Assembly (NCBI GenBank): GCA_964528085.1
Contig: CAZGRE010000006.1
Coordinates: 1 to 47,843, forward strand
Source of the DNA: an uncultured Thermotogae bacterium
Lineage (GTDB): Bacteria > Bipolaricaulota > Bipolaricaulia > UBA7950 > UBA9294
Reading direction: 5' to 3'
DNA: 47,843 nt
Translations under genes and position numbers: made by a program
Notes under the pieces: model-generated
The model's input: only the letters and a program-made list of their open reading frames with translations
What the model was told of the DNA's origin: nothing
Database searches by the model: none
Part shown: one piece after another, positions 18,002-28,239 of the stretch
How positions within the stretch are numbered: position 1 is the stretch's first letter
Layout of the letters: each line of letters starts with the position of its first letter

Positions 18002-19468
18002 CTACCTCCAAACCCGCCGGGAGAAGATCAAAAGGAGCGGAAGGATCTCCAGGCGTCCGGCGACCATCGCCAGGATATAGGTGACCTTCGCCCCCGCCCC
18101 GATTCTCAAGAACGCCTCGGAAGGGATGTAATTCGGACCGACGTTTCCAAGGGCGGCTGCCGCTGCTGAGAGCGATTCCCACCCGCCGAGGCCGCTCGCT
18201 GCGCTCGCCGCCAGCCAGACGAGGACTATCGAGCCGGCCCAGCCGACCGCAACCGCCGCTGCCCGCTCCACCTCGCCGGAGGGGACGAGCCGCCGGTTGA
18301 GCGTGACTGGGAGGACCTCGTGCCTCGTTCCGGTTATGCCCCGGAGCCTCCGACGGAGGAGCTTTCCGAGGAGGACGACGCGCATCACCTTCAGCCCGCC
18401 GGACGTCGATCCGATGCACCCACCGACGAGCATCAACAAGAACAAAACCTGCTTCGTAAACGGGGAGAACCAGACAGAATCGATCGGATGCGTTGTGAAA
18501 CCGGTTGTGGACGCAATCGAAATAACGTGAAACAGGGCGCTCCGGATGTATTCCTGAACCCCGACGTCCGCGATCCTCCCCCGATCGGCGATCGCCACGA
18601 GGGCCGTCGCCCCGATCAGCATCCCGATCCATGCTAGAACCTCGGTATTCCGAAAGACCGCTGCGAGCCGACGGCGAAGGAGATGCCAATGAACAAGGAA
18701 GCTCGTCCCCCCGAGGAACATGAACGCGATTATCGTGTACTCGATTCCAGCTGCATGGGGATACCCTGCTGCAGCGAAATGCCCGATGCTCGCATCATAG
18801 TTGGAGAACCCGCCGGTGGAGACGGCCGTCATCCCATGCACAGCGGCATCGAACGGGCTCATCCCTTCGGCCCACAACAGAAGAGCACAACCGACCGTCA
18901 ATCCGGCGTAAATCGACCAAAGGATGCGAAGCGAGCTGAACAGCCCGGGGGAGAACCGCTCCGATGTCGCCTTATGCGCCTCCGCACTCATCAGGATATG
19001 CCGGTCGCCCCCTTCGCGGAAGACGAACAGGAACAGGGTGAAGATCCCAAGCCCTCCGATCCATTCTGTCAGCCCCCGCCAGAGGAGGATGCTCTTCGGA
19101 AGGAGGGAGAGCCCGGTGAACAGGGTCGCCCCGGTCGTAGTAAACCCGCTCGTCGCTTCGAAGAATGCATCGAGGTACGTGACATCGAGGGCAAGCCAGT
19201 AGGGGATCGCTCCGAGAAGGGAAAGGGTGAACCATCCGAGGGTCCCGACCGCCATCGCCGCCCCGAGGGTGAGCCGGCGGGAGTGGAACAAGAAGACGAG
19301 AAGGAGACCGACGGATAGGCTGATCCCGGCCGGGATGACGTATATCCGCATCGGAAACCTGACCGTCTCTCGGTAGATAGCGCTGATGAGGAGGGGGGCA
19401 GCCTGAAGGAGCGAGAAGGCGACGAGGATCGTGCCGAGATAGTGAAGGACCGCCCCGTACCTGCGCAT
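18002..19468 (-). CDS. trkH: TrkH-family potassium uptake protein
   Basis: 488 aa with multiple TM helices and TrkH/KtrB-type selectivity-filter Gly motifs. Immediately upstream of trkA. Confidence 0.88.
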   Translation of the reverse strand: MRRYGAVLHYLGTILVAFSLLQAAPLLISAIYRETVRFPMRIYVIPAGISLSVGLLLVFLFHSRRLTLGAAMAVGTLGWFTLSLLGAIPYWLALDVTYLDAFFEATSGFTTTGATLFTGLSLLPKSILLWRGLTEWIGGLGIFTLFLFVFREGGDRHILMSAEAHKATSERFSPGLFSSLRILWSIYAGLTVGCALLLWAEGMSPFDAAVHGMTAVSTGGFSNYDASIGHFAAAGYPHAAGIEYTIIAFMFLGGTSFLVHWHLLRRRLAAVFRNTEVLAWIGMLIGATALVAIADRGRIADVGVQEYIRSALFHVISIASTTGFTTHPIDSVWFSPFTKQVLFLLMLVGGCIGSTSGGLKVMRVVLLGKLLRRRLRGITGTRHEVLPVTLNRRLVPSGEVERAAAVAVGWAGSIVLVWLAASAASGLGGWESLSAAAAALGNVGPNYIPSEAFLRIGAGAKVTYILAMVAGRLEILPLLLIFSRRVWR

Positions 19469-19527
19469 CTACCCCCTCCGCCCGATTCTAACCGGGAGAA
19501 AGGGGATCCGCCTAGGGACGAGCCGGC

Positions 19528-22464
19528 TCATCCCTCCCCTCGAAGCAAAAGGAGGTAGGCCTCGCCCTCCTTGCACGTCGCCCACACGAAGTAGGTCTCA
19601 TCGGATAGGAGCTCCGGATCGACCTCGAGCTCGACCCCATCCGCACTCCGCCTCGTGGAGAAGGCCCCTTTTCCCAAGATCGAACCTCCTCCCCCGGCCG
19701 CCTCCCCCTGCGGGACGGTGATCCTGATCCATGGCCGGTCGCCCCCTGATGGGATGAAGAACGTCTCCCCTCCCCCGACCGCTTGCGGGGGGATCTCCGA
19801 CTCGGCGAAGGCGATCAGCCGATCGAGGGGAGGGGAGTTCGGCTTCCCCGCGGTAGCGGGAAGGAGATGGCCGTCCTCGTCGCGGCCGTAAGCGAGGATC
19901 CCCGGGCTCGTCTGCCAGTTGTCGGCGAAATCGCCGCGGAGGGGATCGATCCGCTCCATCGTCGCGCAGGTCCGCGGATCGCCCCCCGGCCAGCCGCTCC
20001 TCCCTGAATTATCGAGGTTCGCCGAATCGACGACTTCACCATTCGGATCGATCAGGAGGACGACCCCTCCATCGCCGGGGAGGGGAGGGCCGGTGAAGAC
20101 GAGGTCCGCAGGGATGTCCCTCACCGTATCGTCGCTCCCCCATTCGATCAGATAGTATCCGCGCCCATCACTCTCGGATTTCCCCGCCCCCCACCACGAT
20201 AGATCGATCAGCCTCCAGGCGCTCTCCTCCCGCACCGCGGCGAGCTTCATGAGCCCGTCCGGCCGAGCGTCAAGGGAGAACGGGAGGGGATCGATCGTCC
20301 CGGAGAGCGCGATCGTCACCCACCCTCCTTCATCGGGGAGAGGATCCTCCTTCTCATAGAAGCCGATCCGCCAGCCGGTGAGATCGACCGGACCTTCCTC
20401 CAGACTCAGAAGCTCAATCCACTGATCGTGTGGATCGGACGGCGTCCCCGCCCATGCGATCTCGCTTATCACAACGCGAGAAGACGATGAGGCCGAACCC
20501 CCTCCCCCTTCGATCGGGAGGAGGATCTCGACGGTGGCGGCCGAGTCGGCCGTAACCGGTCTGCCGGCAGCAAACCCGAGGAGCTTCGCCGAATCGGAAA
20601 GCGGTCCGGGTAGGTCCCCTTCCCGCACGGTGTATCCCGCGCTTACGACGATCGATCCTCCCGGCTCGAGCGGCAATGAGGGAAGATCGACCCTCCCGAG
20701 GAGGTCATCGGTCAGGGAGAGATCCGTGATCCTGACATCCCCATTATTCTCGATCCTGAACGTATAAGTCACCGTCTCCCCCACCCCTACCACACTCCGG
20801 TCCGTCGTCTCGATCAAGCCGAGTTCCGCCCGCCCCACGCGCGGAAAGAAGACGATCGAATCGTTCCCCGAAACGTCTACACCGTCCGCCGTCCGGGCGG
20901 TTGCATCGACCCTGACCTCGAACGGGCCTGCGATATCCTCCGGACCGACGATGACGACGAAGCTCGCGCTCCTCCTTCCCCACGGCGGAAGGGTATCGCC
21001 GGGAAACGGGACCTCCTCCCCCCCCGAGGCGACATGAAGATTGAAGAGCGCCTCGTCACTCAGGTTCGTCAGGCTGACCGTGAAGGTGATCCGATCCCCG
21101 ATCGTCGGAGAGTAGAACGGGGATAGCGGGAGGCCACCAGGATCGAACCCCTGAAGCTCGACCGCAAACCCGGGGGGGGAGGATGAGCCCTCCTCCGGAA
21201 CCGGCATGACTGTGACTGAGACCTCGTCTGATCCCTCCTGGCCGCAAAGGTCGATCGCAACCAACCGGAACCGAAGGTCGGTCGGCTGATCCACGGATGG
21301 GGCATCGAATCGAAGGGACGTCGTCGCGGCTCCCTCAAGGTCGGCCGGGGGTCCGGAAATCTCTTCCCAATGGACAGAGACGACATCATCGTCGAAGACC
21401 GACCCGAAGAGGACGACCTCCTCCCCGCTGTGGACCGATCGATCCTCTCCCGCGTCGACCTGCGGGGGGAGGTTCTGATTGCGAACATGGAGGGTGAACG
21501 ACCCCTCCGTCTCTGCTCCCCAATTGTCGGTCACGGTAAGCGTAAGCAGAATATCGACGTCATCGCAGCCTGGAAGATCCGGGACGGTGTAGGTCGGGTG
21601 AAGCTCGGCCGCAGTCGGGAGGAACTCCCCTCCCGCTCCTCCGTCGCTCCAGGCATAAGAGACGATCCAACCGTCCGGATCGCTGACCACAACGTCATCG
21701 AGGAGAATCGATTCCCCCTCATCGACCGTCATCCCCCCTCCGAGCTCGATCGATGGTGGGACATCGACGCACACCCGACAGGAGTCGCTCGCCTCCCCTC
21801 CACTCGCATCGGTGACCGTCAGCGTCAGATCGATCAGCCCGCTCACCGGAGGAGGGGTGTACGTCGGGTTGAGGATCGATGGATCGTCGAACGTCCCCCC
21901 CGCCCCTCCATCGCTCCAGGCATAAGAGGCGATCCCCCCTCCGCCGTCGTCCGCCGACGCATTGCTCAGCGTAACCGCCCCACCGATCTCAACGAGAAGG
22001 TTGGGGCCGGCATCGACCGAAGGGAGTACGTTCACCGAGACCTCCGCTATAGCGAGGACTCCGCCTCCGGTCAGGACCTGCGCGGTGGTGTGAAGCGAGG
22101 CCGGGGCGGTCCATTCGACGGGTGCGCGGATCTCGAATTCAAGCCCTTCTCCGGCCGGTATCGAATCGAGCGGGATCAGGCCGTTCGCCGGGTAGGCCGT
22201 CCAATCCCCGCTGTCGAGGCGGTAGGAAGCGGTCCACTGATCGATCCCGGTCGGAAGCGGAACGTAGATGGTCGCTGAATCGAGGGGATCGAGCCCGCCG
22301 TTTGTGACCCCGCCGGTGTAGGTCAGAACCTCACCACGAGCGACCGGAGCCGGCGTCGCCTGGAGCGTCAAAGAGACGCCGGCAAAGCCATCGAGCGAAA
22401 CGACGAGGGGAACGCCCATCCCGATGAGGAGGGCGACCCCGATCCTGACCACTCTCTTTCGCAT
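19528..22464 (-). CDS. large secreted surface protein with PKD/Ig-like repeats, DUF11-like repeat and C-terminal lamin-tail domain (LTD)
   Basis: 978 aa. Signal peptide, then repeated SYAWSDGGAGG...TYTVP PKD-like modules, a DUF11-like segment (TVTYTFRIENNGDVRITD), and a C-terminal VVISEIAWAGTPSDPHDQWIELLSLEEGPVDLTGWRIGF matching the LTD fold. Confidence 0.8.
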   Translation of the reverse strand: MRKRVVRIGVALLIGMGVPLVVSLDGFAGVSLTLQATPAPVARGEVLTYTGGVTNGGLDPLDSATIYVPLPTGIDQWTASYRLDSGDWTAYPANGLIPLDSIPAGEGLEFEIRAPVEWTAPASLHTTAQVLTGGGVLAIAEVSVNVLPSVDAGPNLLVEIGGAVTLSNASADDGGGGIASYAWSDGGAGGTFDDPSILNPTYTPPPVSGLIDLTLTVTDASGGEASDSCRVCVDVPPSIELGGGMTVDEGESILLDDVVVSDPDGWIVSYAWSDGGAGGEFLPTAAELHPTYTVPDLPGCDDVDILLTLTVTDNWGAETEGSFTLHVRNQNLPPQVDAGEDRSVHSGEEVVLFGSVFDDDVVSVHWEEISGPPADLEGAATTSLRFDAPSVDQPTDLRFRLVAIDLCGQEGSDEVSVTVMPVPEEGSSSPPGFAVELQGFDPGGLPLSPFYSPTIGDRITFTVSLTNLSDEALFNLHVASGGEEVPFPGDTLPPWGRRSASFVVIVGPEDIAGPFEVRVDATARTADGVDVSGNDSIVFFPRVGRAELGLIETTDRSVVGVGETVTYTFRIENNGDVRITDLSLTDDLLGRVDLPSLPLEPGGSIVVSAGYTVREGDLPGPLSDSAKLLGFAAGRPVTADSAATVEILLPIEGGGGSASSSSRVVISEIAWAGTPSDPHDQWIELLSLEEGPVDLTGWRIGFYEKEDPLPDEGGWVTIALSGTIDPLPFSLDARPDGLMKLAAVREESAWRLIDLSWWGAGKSESDGRGYYLIEWGSDDTVRDIPADLVFTGPPLPGDGGVVLLIDPNGEVVDSANLDNSGRSGWPGGDPRTCATMERIDPLRGDFADNWQTSPGILAYGRDEDGHLLPATAGKPNSPPLDRLIAFAESEIPPQAVGGGETFFIPSGGDRPWIRITVPQGEAAGGGGSILGKGAFSTRRSADGVELEVDPELLSDETYFVWATCKEGEAYLLLLRGEG

Positions 22465-22562
22465 CCCGAAGACGAGTCTCTCGGATCCGGGGGAGGAACG
22501 AGGTCATCGAGGTACGAATCCAACGGCAAGTCGGTTACCCGTCGGCCAGACAAACGCACCGA

Positions 22563-23105
22563 TCAGGTGAACAGCCGACGCAAGCGATAGAAATACTCGC
22601 CGCCCGAGATCAAAGAGAGGGCGATCGCCATCCCGAGGGTCCAGGTCTTCGCCGCCCCCCATTCAGGCCCAAGGTCGAACGATTCCCCGACGAGGATGAT
22701 CAAGACGAGGGCGACGTGCGAGATCGTCTTTAATTTGCCGAGTAGGCTGGCAGCGATCACCTCCCCCTCGGAGATGGCGAGGATCCGAAGGCCGGTGACG
22801 AGAAACTCCCGCGCCACGATCACCATCACCGCCCAACCGGAGAGCTCGCCGAGCTGGAGGAGGGCGATCAACGCACCGGTTATCAGGAGCTTGTCCGCGA
22901 TCGGATCGGCGAACTTTCCGAACGTCGTCGTCTGCTTGAAGCTCCGTGCGAGGTAACCGTCGACGGCATCGGAGACGGCAGCGAGGAAGAACAATACGAC
23001 GGCGAGGATCCGCCCGACGTTCGAGCCGGAGAGGATGAGATACATCAGAAGCGGGACGCTCAGGATTCGGGCAAGGGTGATCTGGTTCGGTATCGTCTTG
23101 AACAT
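22563..23105 (-). CDS. pgsA: CDP-alcohol phosphatidyltransferase (PgsA-like)
   Basis: Motif DAVDGYLAR...GKFADPIADK (DG-x2-AR...G-x3-D-x3-D). ATG 23105 follows the tpiA stop directly. The ORF-track upstream extension was rejected. Confidence 0.8.
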   Translation of the reverse strand: MFKTIPNQITLARILSVPLLMYLILSGSNVGRILAVVLFFLAAVSDAVDGYLARSFKQTTTFGKFADPIADKLLITGALIALLQLGELSGWAVMVIVAREFLVTGLRILAISEGEVIAASLLGKLKTISHVALVLIILVGESFDLGPEWGAAKTWTLGMAIALSLISGGEYFYRLRRLFT

Positions 23106-23106
23106 C

Positions 23107-23871
23107 CTACCCCTTCGCCGAAGCACCCGCCCGGACGATCGCAGCGAATTTTGCAGGGTCGAGCGAGGCGCCGCCGACGAGGACGCCATCGATATCCTCC
23201 TTATCGAGGATGGCCGTGGCGTTATCCGGGTTCACGCTCCCCCCGTAGAGGATGCGGGTCGAGGAGGCGGCATCCTCGCCGAGCCGCGAACCGATCCATC
23301 CCCGGATCGTCTCCGCCATCTCATCCGCCATCTCCGGTGTCGCCGTCCTCCCAGTTCCGATCGCCCAGACGGGCTCGTAGGCGATCACGATCCGATCCGG
23401 ATCGATAGAGTCGAGCGCCGCCTCCAGCTGGCCCCCGACCACCCTCTCCGAATCACCTTGAGACCTCTCTTCCGCGGTCTCTCCGACGCATAGGATCGCT
23501 GAAAGCCCCGAATCGAGGGCGGACTTGAGCTTTAAGTGAACTATCCGATCGTCGTCGCCGAACAGGTGCCGCCGCTCGGAATGCCCGACGAGGACGTAGC
23601 GACATCCGCATGCGCGGATCAGCGCGGCTGAAATCGCACCGGTGTACGCCCCTCTTTCTTCGAAATAAAGGTCCTGAGCCCCGAGACCGATCCCCGACCC
23701 TGAAAGGATCCTCCCTGCCCGATCGAGGCTCGTGTACGGGGGGAAGAGGGCGACTTCGATGCCTCTCACCCCATCGACCGCAGGGAGAAACTCGTTCAGG
23801 AACGCCTCGGTCTCGGCAGGCGTCTTATTCATCTTCCAGTTTCCCGCGATCAGGATCCGCCGTGTCATCAT
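23107..23871 (-). CDS. tpiA: triosephosphate isomerase
   Basis: 254 aa with AGNWKMN...YEPVWAIGTG...GGSV, classic TIM motifs. Confidence 0.93.
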   Translation of the reverse strand: MMTRRILIAGNWKMNKTPAETEAFLNEFLPAVDGVRGIEVALFPPYTSLDRAGRILSGSGIGLGAQDLYFEERGAYTGAISAALIRACGCRYVLVGHSERRHLFGDDDRIVHLKLKSALDSGLSAILCVGETAEERSQGDSERVVGGQLEAALDSIDPDRIVIAYEPVWAIGTGRTATPEMADEMAETIRGWIGSRLGEDAASSTRILYGGSVNPDNATAILDKEDIDGVLVGGASLDPAKFAAIVRAGASAKG

Positions 23872-23917
23872 CCCCCTCTCAATCGAGTATAACGATCCAC
23901 CCCTTTCATTTACAGAA

Positions 23918-23946
23918 TTGACAATCTAGGGAGCGCTTCCTACCAT
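23918..23946 (+). promoter_or_regulatory. candidate sigma70-type promoter for the SPFH gene (TTGACA-17-TACCAT)
   Basis: TTGACA at 23918-23923, a 17-nt spacer, then TACCAT at 23941-23946. An AAGGAGG RBS at 23969-23975 and ATG at 23985 follow. Confidence 0.35.
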
Positions 23947-23984
23947 CTCCTCGGTTTTTAAGGAATCCAAGGAGGTAAGAACCG

Positions 23985-24734
23985 ATGTATACGACAATCG
24001 GAGCGATCATCGCATTGGTCGTGCTTTTCCTGCTGAACGCAATAAAGATCGTGCGCGAGTACGAACGCGGTGTGATATTCCGGCTCGGTAGGCTCGTAGG
24101 GGCGAAGGGGCCGGGGATCTTCCTGATCATCCCGCTCGTCGACAAGATGGTGAAGATCAGCCTCCGGGTCGTGACCCTCGACGTCCCGCCGCAGGAAGTG
24201 ATAACCAAGGACAACGTCTCGGCGCTGGTGAACGCTGTTTTGTTCTTCCGCGTCGTCGATCCGTGCGCCGCGGTCGTAGAGGTGCAGAACTTCATCGAAG
24301 CGACGCGGCAGATCGCGATGACAACTTTGCGGAGCGTCCTCGGCGGGGTGGAGCTCGACCAGGTCCTCGCCGAGCGGGAGAAGATCAACCTGAAACTACA
24401 GGAGATCATCGACGAGCAGACCGATCCGTGGGGGATCAAGGTGAAGACGGTCGAGATAAAGGACGTGAAGATCCCGCAGGAGATGCAGCGGGCGATCGCG
24501 CGTCAGGCCGAGGCAGAAAGGGAGCGGCGGGCGAAGATCATCAACGCCCAGGGCGAGCTCCAGGCGGCGACTAAACTCTCCGAGGCCGCAGCGATAATCC
24601 AGAAGAACCCGGCCGCGCTCCAGCTCCGCTACCTTCAGAGCCTCGTCGACATCTCGGCGGAGAACGCATCGACGATCGTCTTCCCGATCCCGATCGACCT
24701 GTTTAACTTCTTCAAGAAGGGGCAGGACTCCTAG
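23985..24734 (+). CDS. SPFH/band-7 domain protein (stomatin/slipin-like)
   Basis: N-terminal TM, an SPFH domain ([16 protein letters not shown]...), and a C-terminal coiled coil with [19 protein letters not shown]. Confidence 0.88.
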   Translation: MYTTIGAIIALVVLFLLNAIKIVREYERGVIFRLGRLVGAKGPGIFLIIPLVDKMVKISLRVVTLDVPPQEVITKDNVSALVNAVLFFRVVDPCAAVVEVQNFIEATRQIAMTTLRSVLGGVELDQVLAEREKINLKLQEIIDEQTDPWGIKVKTVEIKDVKIPQEMQRAIARQAEAERERRAKIINAQGELQAATKLSEAAAIIQKNPAALQLRYLQSLVDISAENASTIVFPIPIDLFNFFKKGQDS

Positions 24735-24743
24735 CAGGTAGGG

Positions 24744-26588
24744 ATGAAGTCCTACGATGTTGTTGTGATCGGCGCCGGGCACGCCGGTTGTGAGGCTGCC
24801 CTTGCTGCATCGCGGCTCGGGTGTGCGACGGCGCTTATCACGCTCAACCTATCAGAGGTCGGGAAGATGCCATGCAACCCGTCGATCGGCGGGCCGGGAA
24901 AGTCGCAGATCGTCAAGGAGATCGACGCCCTCGGCGGGGAGATGGCCCGGGTCACCGACGCGGCGACGATCCACATCAGGATGCTGAACACGAGCAAGGG
25001 GCGGGTGATGCAGGTCCGCCGCGCTCAGGCAGACCGCTCGATCTACAAAGGGACCTGGAAGCGGATCCTCGAGAATGCAGAGAACCTCGAGCTGATCGAA
25101 GGGCTCGTCGATGAGCTCCTGGTCTCGGACGGGCGCGTGGGCGGCGTCCGTCTCCGCGAGGGGCTCCGCCTCAGAGCGCGGGCGGTCGTCGTGGCGACCG
25201 GTACGTTCCTTAACGGGAGGATCCTGATCGGCGACGTCGTCTACCCGGCAGGGAGGGGAGGGGAGCCACCGTCGGTCGGGCTCGCCGAATCCCTCCGCCG
25301 GCTCGGCCTGGAGGTGGGACGGATGAAGACCGGGACGACCCCGCGCGTCAACCGCCGGTCGGTCGACTATTCCACCCTCGACCGGCAGGACACCTCCCCT
25401 GAGCCGCTCTGTTTCTCATTCTGGAACAGCCCGAGGCCGATCCAGGATCCGCTTGCGGTCTACGTGACCCACACGAACGAAGAGACGCATCGGATCATCA
25501 GGGAGAACCTGCACAAGAGCGCCAATTACAACGGGCTCCTCGAAGGGGTCGGCCCGCGCCACTGCCCGTCGCTCGAGAGCAAGATCGTCAGGTTCCCGGA
25601 TCGCAAAAGCCACAAGGTCTTCCTCGAGCCTGAAGGGCGGAATACGGCTGAGGTCTATCTGCAGGGGATCTACACTGCATTCTCCCCCGAGGTTCAGGAG
25701 ATGATCGTCCACTCGATCGAGGGGCTGGAGAGGGCGCAGATTGAGCGGTACGGGTACGACATCGAGTACGACTACGTCAATCCGATCCAGCTGTCGGCGA
25801 CCCTGGAGATCGACGGGATTGGAGGGCTGTACCTCGCCGGCCAGATAAACGGGACGACCGGGTACGAGGAGGCGGCGGGGCAGGGGTTGATCGCCGGGAT
25901 CAACGCGGCTCGAAAGGTGAGAGGGAAAGATCCGCTCGTCCTTCACCGTGAGGAGGCGATGATCGGGGTGATGATCGACGATCTCGTCACGAAGGGGGTG
26001 ACGGAACCGTACCGGATGCTCCCGTCCCGCGCCGAATATCGGATCACGCTGCGGGAGGGGAACGCCGACCTCCGCCTAGCGCGGATCGGCTACGAGATAG
26101 GGCTCCTCGATGAGGGACGCTACGAGGCGGTCGAAGAGAGGAGGAGGAGGATCGAGCGGCTGATCGGAAGGCTCAGATCGACGCGTATCGGGCCGAGGGA
26201 CCCGATAAACGAGCGCATCGCCAAGCGGGGAAGCCGGCCGCTCGCGGACAACGGCGCCTCGCTGTTCGAGCTCCTCCGTCGCCCCGAGGTCCGGCTCGAG
26301 GACTTGATCCCTCCGGACGGGATCCCGGCAGACGTAAGGGAGGAGGTCGAGATCGAGGGGAAATACGCAGGCTACCTCGCCCAACAGAGGAGCCAGATCG
26401 AGAGGCTGCGGAGGATGGAGGAGATCCCGATCCCGGATGACCTCGACTACCACGATTTGACCAACATCTCGATCGAAGGGCGTGAGCTTTTATCCCGCGT
26501 CCGTCCGCGTAGCTTCGGCCAGGCTTCCCGCATCCCCGGGATCTCCCAGGCCGACCTCTCCATCCTCGCGATCGTCCTGCGCCGCTAG
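24744..26588 (+). CDS. mnmG: tRNA uridine 5-carboxymethylaminomethyl modification enzyme MnmG (GidA)
   Basis: 614 aa with the FAD motif YDVVVIGAGHAGCEAA and full-length MnmG similarity. Confidence 0.93.
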   Translation: MKSYDVVVIGAGHAGCEAALAASRLGCATALITLNLSEVGKMPCNPSIGGPGKSQIVKEIDALGGEMARVTDAATIHIRMLNTSKGRVMQVRRAQADRSIYKGTWKRILENAENLELIEGLVDELLVSDGRVGGVRLREGLRLRARAVVVATGTFLNGRILIGDVVYPAGRGGEPPSVGLAESLRRLGLEVGRMKTGTTPRVNRRSVDYSTLDRQDTSPEPLCFSFWNSPRPIQDPLAVYVTHTNEETHRIIRENLHKSANYNGLLEGVGPRHCPSLESKIVRFPDRKSHKVFLEPEGRNTAEVYLQGIYTAFSPEVQEMIVHSIEGLERAQIERYGYDIEYDYVNPIQLSATLEIDGIGGLYLAGQINGTTGYEEAAGQGLIAGINAARKVRGKDPLVLHREEAMIGVMIDDLVTKGVTEPYRMLPSRAEYRITLREGNADLRLARIGYEIGLLDEGRYEAVEERRRRIERLIGRLRSTRIGPRDPINERIAKRGSRPLADNGASLFELLRRPEVRLEDLIPPDGIPADVREEVEIEGKYAGYLAQQRSQIERLRRMEEIPIPDDLDYHDLTNISIEGRELLSRVRPRSFGQASRIPGISQADLSILAIVLRR

Positions 26589-26669
26589 ACCATCCGATCG
26601 TTCGGTGCTACATCCTATTCTCGTTTCTGAGCGGGTTTTCCCTCTTCTTCTTCGCGTAAGCCGAGCAGG

Positions 26670-28001
26670 TCAAGGGGTGACGAGGGACTCGATCGCATCA
26701 CCGAGCCGCCGGGCGGCCTCCTCGAACCTGAGGTCCTCTGCGAACTTCCGCGCCCGCTTTCCCATCTCGTTCAGCTCATCCCGGTCGCGGCCGAGCAGGT
26801 CGCGCAGACCGCGGTAGATCCCGCTCGGGCTCGTCTCCACCACCCTCCCGAACGCGTCCTGCACCAGATCGCGGGCGGAGCGGTGATCGGTTGTGAGGAC
26901 GGAGAGCCCGGCGCGGAGCGCCTCCACCAGGGTGAGGCCGTAGCTCTCGTGGCGGGAGGGGAAGACGTAGAGGTCGGCGAGCGCGAAGAACGCTGCCTTA
27001 CGAACCCCGGTCACATAGCCGGGGAAGTGGACCGGGATCCGCTGGAGCCGCCCGGCCATCCTCCGGAGCCGCTCGGTGTAACTCCTCCCGTGGATGTACG
27101 CCGACTCCCCACAGATGATGACAACAGGGACGATCTCCTCCCTCCGCTCCCAGCGCCTAAGCGCAGAGATCAGGAGGTCCTGTCCCTTCTCCGGCGAGAT
27201 CCGGCTGAGGGAGAGGATGACAGGGGATTCGGGATCGATCCCATACTCCTCCTTTATCCTCTCCACCTCCGCTGCAACGGCTTCACCGTCCGCCGGCCGA
27301 TCGGAGAACCCTCCCCATGGGATCACGCGGACGTCATCCCACGTCCGCCACGGGTAGGAGCGGAGGACGATCTCTGCCATCCCGCTGGACGGGACGACGA
27401 TCAGGTCGGAGCGGCGGGCGCAGTCCTCCTCCTTCTCGAAGATGAGCCTGACCACGTCCGGGAGGAAGCGTTCGATCGGTATCACAGCCCGGAACGCCCG
27501 TGCCAGTAGCGGTGCGGAGACAAGCCCGCCCAGGTAAATGCTCGCCGCGTAGTCGACGACGTCCACGTGGAAGATCGTCGCCTGGGGAAAGCCACACCGG
27601 TGGATCGCATCGAAATCGCCGGCCTCGGCGAGGTCGTTGTGCAGGACGCAGATCCGGCGCGGATCGCGGCGGCGGGAGAGGTCGGTGAGGAATTCTGTCA
27701 CCCCGCGCTCGAACTGGCGGGAGAACGAGGCGTAGCCGGGAACCGAGAGGTCGGTGAGGACACCATCGCGCCCGGGGACCCACCAGGGTATCCGATGGTA
27801 TCGGACGTTGGGGACCCCGTCCCACTCGGTCCCAGGGCCCGATCCGAGGACGGTGATGTCGAACCGCCCCTCATCCGCCCAATGGCGGATGAGGTGGTTT
27901 CCAACCTGTCCTCCCCCTCCTATCGGGATCCTCATGATATCTTGGCCAAGGTGTGCCCCGGCAAACACGATCTCGGTTTGCGTAAGCCTCGACTGCCACA
28001 T
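26670..28001 (-). CDS. glycosyltransferase family 4 (GT-B fold)
   Basis: C-terminal RHESYGLTLVEALRAGLSVLTTD (the EX7E-like GT4 motif) and an N-terminal GT4 acceptor domain. Confidence 0.8.
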   Translation of the reverse strand: MWQSRLTQTEIVFAGAHLGQDIMRIPIGGGGQVGNHLIRHWADEGRFDITVLGSGPGTEWDGVPNVRYHRIPWWVPGRDGVLTDLSVPGYASFSRQFERGVTEFLTDLSRRRDPRRICVLHNDLAEAGDFDAIHRCGFPQATIFHVDVVDYAASIYLGGLVSAPLLARAFRAVIPIERFLPDVVRLIFEKEEDCARRSDLIVVPSSGMAEIVLRSYPWRTWDDVRVIPWGGFSDRPADGEAVAAEVERIKEEYGIDPESPVILSLSRISPEKGQDLLISALRRWERREEIVPVVIICGESAYIHGRSYTERLRRMAGRLQRIPVHFPGYVTGVRKAAFFALADLYVFPSRHESYGLTLVEALRAGLSVLTTDHRSARDLVQDAFGRVVETSPSGIYRGLRDLLGRDRDELNEMGKRARKFAEDLRFEEAARRLGDAIESLVTP

Positions 28002-28122
28002 GCCGATCTTCCTCCTTGTAAACGTGAATCAGAGGTCGATTTCCATCTTATCATTGGTCCAGTTTTGTGGGTGAAGGTCAACCCTCTCCCAGAGGGAGAG
28101 GGGACGCCTTTCTCGAGGAGAG

Positions 28123-28161
28123 GGAGGAAGAGTGGGGATCGAACGCTCTCCTTCCTTTTTT
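28123..28161 (+). terminator. intrinsic-terminator-like hairpin plus T6 on the plus strand (orphan; candidate sRNA 3' end)
   Basis: GGAGGAAGAG (28123-28132), a 13-nt loop, CTCTCCTTCC (28146-28155), then TTTTTT (28156-28161). No plus-strand CDS ends here. Confidence 0.3.
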
Positions 28162-28239
28162 CTACCCCGGAGGAGAGGGGATCCCTTGGGGGTTCTCGGC
28201 CTGTTATTTTCTATACAGCTCCCCGCGACCGAGCGGCGA

